From contig JBJKPQ010000069.1 in assembly GCA_046706305.1 (NCBI GenBank), positions 462-64,461 of the forward strand: a stretch of DNA of 64,000 nt. Reading direction: 5' to 3'. Within the stretch, counting starts at the first letter, position 1, and every line of letters starts with the position of its first letter. This stretch comes from Bacteroidales bacterium (lineage in GTDB: Bacteria; Bacteroidota; Bacteroidia; Bacteroidales; VadinHA17). The translations under genes and the position numbers were made by a program. The notes under the pieces were generated by a model, which was given only the letters and a program-made list of their open reading frames with translations, did not search any database and had not been told where the DNA came from. Shown one piece after another: positions 58,961 to 64,000 of this stretch.

Positions 58961-61900
58961 GTGAAACATTCATTCTTTACTTTGTTAATGATTTTGCTTT
59001 CTTTCAGCTCAATCATAAAAGCCGCCGATTATGTAGTTAGCGGCGCTGGTTCTTCCTATATCGACGGCACTTATATTTTAGGTGACAAGACCTTTAACGG
59101 ATACCCTTGTTATGTCAGGACAGAAGACATTGGATATCCCTATCCGCGATGGATATGCTTTCAAACTATGTCAAAATCCTCAGGTCAATGGGCAATAGCA
59201 CAAATGGAAGATGATGGATCAGGTAACTTCTCAGTTTATACTATATATTACCTGACCGACGGCCAGGGTTCTGTTCCTCCTGCCACCGGCTGGACAAAAA
59301 CAAATATTACTGCCAGTCCGGGACCTATTGTTCAGCCCGAACTGGACGCAATCACCTACAGCAGCACTGTTTTCAGGGAATCACCATCGGATGATGGTAC
59401 AATATCAAACTCCGTTACAATTACATGCAACAATGTTTCAGGAGAGACATTTACAGGGTACGACGGGGAAGATTTTGTACTATCAGGCAAGGTAGCAGTA
59501 AGCAATCTACCTGCGGGGCTTACTGCAAGGATAATAAGGAAGGACAATCTCACCCTTCTGGCCACTCTCACGGGTGTTGCAACTTCAAACAAGAATGAAA
59601 ATGATATTACCAATCTTAAATTTATTTTTGGCAATTCCGCTTTCAGCCTTAACAGTGCTTCGAATATTGCAAACGCCTGTAAATATAATATTTCAATCGA
59701 TTTCATGCAGGTCTATAATGTCGGCTCATCGGGTGACTTTACAAAAATTGCCGATGCCCTTGCTGCCTGTGATGATGGTGATGTTATAAACCTGGCTGCA
59801 CAGACTTTCACAGAGTCAGGGCTGGAAGTATCAAAAAACATTACCATCCAGGGACAGGGTGCTAAATCGACAATTGTACAGGCAGCCAACATGCCATCAA
59901 ATGCCACAGACAGAGTATTTTACACTGATTATTACACAAAAGTCAAAATAACCGGTGTTACAATCAGAAATGGCAATTCCGATATAGGTGGAGGGATTTG
60001 GGGCAGCGGTGAGAGCCTTGTCCTTCAGAATGTGAGCATTGAAGACAATAAGGGAGGAGGAATTCACCTGAGCAAAGGATCCTTATCCATAACAAACAGT
60101 ACAATTTGTCGTAATATAGAGGGGTCATATAGTACAGGGGGCCTGTATCTTGGTTTAAGTACAACCACTTCTATTGTAAATTCAACTATAGCCTATAATT
60201 ACGGAACAGGGGCAGGCGGTGTCTATTGCTATGCTGGTAAAATTGATATAGAAAACAGCACTGTATCAAATAACCAGGGTATCGGAATAACTGCCGTAGA
60301 CGAGACAATAACAGTTTCGAACTCAATATTCGGTCCAAATTACTCCTATGATTATAATGTTACCAATTCTGTTACTTTGAACGACAATGGTTACAATATC
60401 GTAAAAAATCAGCATACAACCAATAGTACCGGGGACTGGCGTTTTTCACAACCGACTGATATTCTGTACAATTATACTGCTTCGGGAAATGCAAGCAATC
60501 AATGGACCAGGAACAATGCCCCTCTGCCCAACCAAAATGAGAACCTTAATAATATTCTCGCTGACAATGGTACATTGAACGGGACCCAGACACTTTCTCT
60601 TTTAGCCGGAAGCTTTGCTATAGATGCGGGAGTGACATCTTTATTTGCTATGACTGATCAGAGAGGTTTTGTGAGAAACAGCACCATTGACATCGGAGCT
60701 TATGAATATGGAGGGACTACCGCCTCTAAACCGACAGTTACAACTACAGCAATCACGGCATACACAAGTTCATCTGCCACCCTGGGCGGAAATGTTACAT
60801 CAGATGGAGGAACTGCTGTAACCGAACGGGGTATAGTATATAATATGACAGGCAATCCTTCTGTTTCAGATACTAAAATTGCGGTGGGAATGGGTTCCGG
60901 CACATTTTCAAAGCTGGTCCCGGGTTTAAATTTTGGAACCAAGTATTATGTCAGGGCCTATGCAATCAATGCCATTGGAGTCAGCTATGGCAGCGAACTG
61001 AGCTTTACAACCTCTCTGATCCCGCCATCTTTTACCACAACGCCTTCTACAACTGCACCATACGGGAAAAGATATAGTTACAGTCCGGGTACAACCACCC
61101 CTGGCGGGCAGGCTGCCACTCTGACTGCACCGACATTGCCGGCATGGCTCACTCTAAGTACGTCTCTTCCATCAACGGCCGAATCTTTTGGAAATATTTC
61201 TTCAGGTGTTAATATCTCAGCCACTGCAGGTGATGATGATGGAAACACATATGCGATCACGCATGATGGTACTACTATTTACAAGATTACGGCTGATGGA
61301 ACAACAACAACCTGGAAGTCAGGCCTTAGAAGCGGTATGGTATCCGGCCTGTTATATGCTGACGGATATCTTTATATTCCGAGATATCATGACACATTTC
61401 ATTGCATAACACGTGTTTCACTGACTGATGTAACTGCTCCCGAGAAAGAAATATTCGGATTTACCGATAACCTTGGTTCAATAGCCTATAAAAATGGATA
61501 TATCTACGCCTCCGATATTTCAATCGGTACAATCTATAAACTGGATGTATCAACAAGAGTGGGGAGTGTTTTTCTCAGCCCGTCGGATGGGTTACCTGTT
61601 ACCGGTCTATCCGGATTTACTTTTGGGAGCGATGGGAATATGTATATCGCATCATCTGTAAATAATTCAATCCTGATGTATAATGGGACTGTTGTCAGTA
61701 CAATAGTGACAGGTTTGCCGGATATTCCGACAAGCATACAACAGGACCTGTATGGGAATTTTTATATTTCACTTAGTAATAACGGCGTCAGAAAATACGA
61801 CAGAAATTTTATTTCATACCAGGTAGTGTCGGCAGGTTCTGCTGATTACGTTGCAAGCTTATCAATCAATACAGCCGGAGAACTCTCTTATTCAATTTTT

Positions 61901-64000
61901 AATACAAATTCCGTATATCGTCTTCAAACCTGTCCTGTATTAAAAGGTACGCCTGCGAAATCGGATATTGGCAATCACACAGTAGTAATCAGGGCATCCA
62001 ATGCTGCAGGAAATACTGATCAGACTTTTACAATAAATGTAGTGGATAAAACACCACCTGTTATAACAGGACTATCACCTGCTGATAATGCAGTTAATGT
62101 AGCAGCTAAACCCTCAATTTCAATAACTTTTAACGAAGCAGTAAGTCTTGGTTCGACCGGATTCTTTAAGCTGTACACCGGAACAACCCTCATTAAAACG
62201 TTTAATTTATCAAATTCTTCTGATCTGAGTGCCTTTACCCTGTCTGCCGACAAACTTACTTTAAGTGTGGCTCTGACAGATAATATTGGCTATGGTATAC
62301 AGGTATCAGTAGATATATCACCAGGTTTTGTAAAAGATATTTACGGTAATAATTTTGCTGGTTTCTCACACACATCAGGTATTTGGGATTTTACGACCAT
62401 CAGAGATACCCAGGCAATCAATTTCCCGGCCATTACATCAAAAACATACGGAGATGCTTCATTCACCCTTGGAGATGCTGCTACCGATAAAGGTCTGACT
62501 GTTACATACACCGCAGCAGATCCGTCAGTTGTGAGCATATCAGGGAACCAGGCAACCGTGCTGAAAGCCGGAACCACTGCTATAACCGCATCACAGGCAG
62601 GTAACAGCACTTATTCAGCTGCAACAAATGTTATACAAACTCTTGTTGTCAATAAGAAAACTCTTACAGTCAAAGCCGATTCGAAAACAAAAGTTTATGG
62701 TGATGCCAATCCTTCGCTGACAATTTCTTACAGCGGATGGATAAACAGTGACAACGAGACGGTACTTGATACCAAACCCACAGCAACTACAGCAATAAAC
62801 CAATCAACAGCAGCTGGAAGCTATAAAAACCAGATCACTGTTTCAGGAGGCTCTGATAATAACTATTCCTTCATATATCAGTCAGCCGATTTTGAAATCA
62901 GCAAGGCGGTGCTGACGGTAACTGCCGATGCTAAGAACAAAGCATATGGCGATGACAATCCAACGTTTACATATATATGTACAGGCTGGAAAAACTCCGA
63001 TACCGAATCATCTCTGACTTCAAAGCCAACAGGAAGTACAACAGTTACTAAAACCTCACCTGCAGGATCTTACCCGGGAGCAATAACACTTTCGGGCGGA
63101 GCTGCCACAAGCTACTCTTTTAATTATAAAGCAGCTGATTTTACAGTAAATAAAGCTGCCCTGAATGTAATTGCAGACACCAAGACCAAATTCTATGGAG
63201 ACGATAATCCAGCCCTGACATTTAGCTATTCAGGTTTTAAAAACTCTGAATCAGAGTCAGTTCTCACTGCAAAACCAACAATAAGCACAACTGTAACAGC
63301 AACTTCATGGTCAGGTACATATAAAGGTGCAATTACAGTAAAAGACGGCACGGCTGCAAACTATTCCTTTACTTACACCCCCGGTGATTTTAATGTTGAA
63401 AAGGCTGTGCTAACAATAACAGCTGATACAAAGACAAAAGTTTACGGAGATGACAATCCTGCATTGACCTTTAAGTACTCAGGGTGGAAAAACAATGATA
63501 ACGAATCAATTATCTATAGTCAACCTGTTATAAGCACCACAGTATCAAATTGGTCAGGAGCAGGGACTTACACAGGAGCAATAACAGTTTCCGGTGGTGC
63601 TGCAGGCAATCCCAACTATACCTTCAAATATGTTGCAGCCGACTTTATTATTACCAAGGCAGTTCTGACAGTAACTGCTTATCCCAAGACAATAAGCTAC
63701 GGCAACCCTGACCCGATGCTTACCTGCGAATATTCCGGATGGAAGAACAATGAGTGGAGTACATCGCTGACAACAGTACCGACGGGAACAACTTCTACCA
63801 CTGCTTCTTCACCTGTCGGAACCTACCAGAACGCTATTATATTCTCGGGTGGACAGGCAGTAAATTATTCCTTTAATTACGTTGCGGCTGATCTTACAAT
63901 TACCAAGGCGAATCTAACCATTGCAGCTGATTACAAGACAAAAATATACGGTGATCCCAATCCTGAACTGACAATCCACTACTTTGGCTTCAAAAATTCC
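58961..64000 (+). CDS. Giant mosaic cell-surface protein (adhesin-like), N-terminal 1680 codons; 3' end lies outside the window
   Basis: The frame is open from GTG 58961 to the window end; it is missing from the ORF track because it has no stop. Signal peptide (M)KHSFFTLLMILLSFSSIIKA. Right-handed beta-helix repeats (about 59700-60660) end in DQRGFVRNSTIDIGAYEYGG. There is an FN3/Ig-like module (TAYTSSSATLGGNVTSDGGTAVTERGIVY...YYVRAYAINAIGVSYG). Cadherin/Ig-like modules and an NHL/beta-propeller-like segment (GYLYIP, GYIYASD, GNMYIAS, GNFYIS) follow. From about 62654 come tandem MBG (YGD..NP) domains. Confidence 0.85.
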   Translation, partial: MKHSFFTLLMILLSFSSIIKAADYVVSGAGSSYIDGTYILGDKTFNGYPCYVRTEDIGYPYPRWICFQTMSKSSGQWAIAQMEDDGSGNFSVYTIYYLTDGQGSVPPATGWTKTNITASPGPIVQPELDAITYSSTVFRESPSDDGTISNSVTITCNNVSGETFTGYDGEDFVLSGKVAVSNLPAGLTARIIRKDNLTLLATLTGVATSNKNENDITNLKFIFGNSAFSLNSASNIANACKYNISIDFMQVYNVGSSGDFTKIADALAACDDGDVINLAAQTFTESGLEVSKNITIQGQGAKSTIVQAANMPSNATDRVFYTDYYTKVKITGVTIRNGNSDIGGGIWGSGESLVLQNVSIEDNKGGGIHLSKGSLSITNSTICRNIEGSYSTGGLYLGLSTTTSIVNSTIAYNYGTGAGGVYCYAGKIDIENSTVSNNQGIGITAVDETITVSNSIFGPNYSYDYNVTNSVTLNDNGYNIVKNQHTTNSTGDWRFSQPTDILYNYTASGNASNQWTRNNAPLPNQNENLNNILADNGTLNGTQTLSLLAGSFAIDAGVTSLFAMTDQRGFVRNSTIDIGAYEYGGTTASKPTVTTTAITAYTSSSATLGGNVTSDGGTAVTERGIVYNMTGNPSVSDTKIAVGMGSGTFSKLVPGLNFGTKYYVRAYAINAIGVSYGSELSFTTSLIPPSFTTTPSTTAPYGKRYSYSPGTTTPGGQAATLTAPTLPAWLTLSTSLPSTAESFGNISSGVNISATAGDDDGNTYAITHDGTTIYKITADGTTTTWKSGLRSGMVSGLLYADGYLYIPRYHDTFHCITRVSLTDVTAPEKEIFGFTDNLGSIAYKNGYIYASDISIGTIYKLDVSTRVGSVFLSPSDGLPVTGLSGFTFGSDGNMYIASSVNNSILMYNGTVVSTIVTGLPDIPTSIQQDLYGNFYISLSNNGVRKYDRNFISYQVVSAGSADYVASLSINTAGELSYSIFNTNSVYRLQTCPVLKGTPAKSDIGNHTVVIRASNAAGNTDQTFTINVVDKTPPVITGLSPADNAVNVAAKPSISITFNEAVSLGSTGFFKLYTGTTLIKTFNLSNSSDLSAFTLSADKLTLSVALTDNIGYGIQVSVDISPGFVKDIYGNNFAGFSHTSGIWDFTTIRDTQAINFPAITSKTYGDASFTLGDAATDKGLTVTYTAADPSVVSISGNQATVLKAGTTAITASQAGNSTYSAATNVIQTLVVNKKTLTVKADSKTKVYGDANPSLTISYSGWINSDNETVLDTKPTATTAINQSTAAGSYKNQITVSGGSDNNYSFIYQSADFEISKAVLTVTADAKNKAYGDDNPTFTYICTGWKNSDTESSLTSKPTGSTTVTKTSPAGSYPGAITLSGGAATSYSFNYKAADFTVNKAALNVIADTKTKFYGDDNPALTFSYSGFKNSESESVLTAKPTISTTVTATSWSGTYKGAITVKDGTAANYSFTYTPGDFNVEKAVLTITADTKTKVYGDDNPALTFKYSGWKNNDNESIIYSQPVISTTVSNWSGAGTYTGAITVSGGAAGNPNYTFKYVAADFIITKAVLTVTAYPKTISYGNPDPMLTCEYSGWKNNEWSTSLTTVPTGTTSTTASSPVGTYQNAIIFSGGQAVNYSFNYVAADLTITKANLTIAADYKTKIYGDPNPELTIHYFGFKNS
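62654..64000 (+). repeat. Tandem in-frame repeats of about 249 bp (83 aa) encoding MBG-type domains, at least 5.4 copies, continuing past the window end
   Basis: Repeat-initial Lys codons lie at 62654, 62903, 63152, 63401, 63656 and 63905, giving periods of 249, 249, 249, 255 and 249 bp. Each unit carries K.YGD(D/A)NP..T..Y.G(W/F)KN.(D/E)..S and NYSF..Y..ADF.I.KA.LT. Confidence 0.9.

Overview
The window looks like a chromosomal segment of a Bacteroidota genome. The evidence is a 2479-codon SprA-type T9SS gene, TTTG-N19-TAnnTTTG promoters, tightly packed operons and about 40% GC; anaerobe-type genes suggest Bacteroidales or Marinilabiliales, which is inference only. The content is mostly housekeeping and transport genes. 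From left to right: (1) an efflux locus of TolC (partial), MFP, an RND permease, a second RND permease fused in frame to an ABC ATPase, and an ABC-2-like permease; (2) two convergent hybrid histidine kinases; (3) a MacAB/DevBCA-like ABC exporter operon (ATPase, DUF2141, HlyD, FtsX permease, TolC) with a divergent MarR gene; (4) a PflX-like radical SAM gene; (5) rimP-nusA-infB; (6) gcvH; (7) a maltodextrin cluster (two GH13, a GH65 phosphorylase, beta-phosphoglucomutase, an MFS transporter); (8) sprA; (9) ruvA, pdxA, an M17 aminopeptidase, a futalosine-pathway radical SAM gene, tatA (below the ORF-track cutoff), rseP, dxr, an M23 peptidase and a superoxide reductase-like gene; (10) a five-gene envelope operon of uncharacterised TPR, TM2-like and YidD-like proteins; (11) an initiator tRNA-Met followed by about 330 bp of hairpins and repeats; (12) an OmpA-family gene; (13) the first 1680 codons of a giant mosaic surface adhesin ending in tandem MBG repeats. 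I found no CRISPR array, transposase, integrase or recognisable defence system. The most unusual item is the RND::ABC fusion ORF, whose ATPase domain also appears to be split by a four-helix membrane insertion. All product calls rest on motif recognition by eye; no database search was possible.
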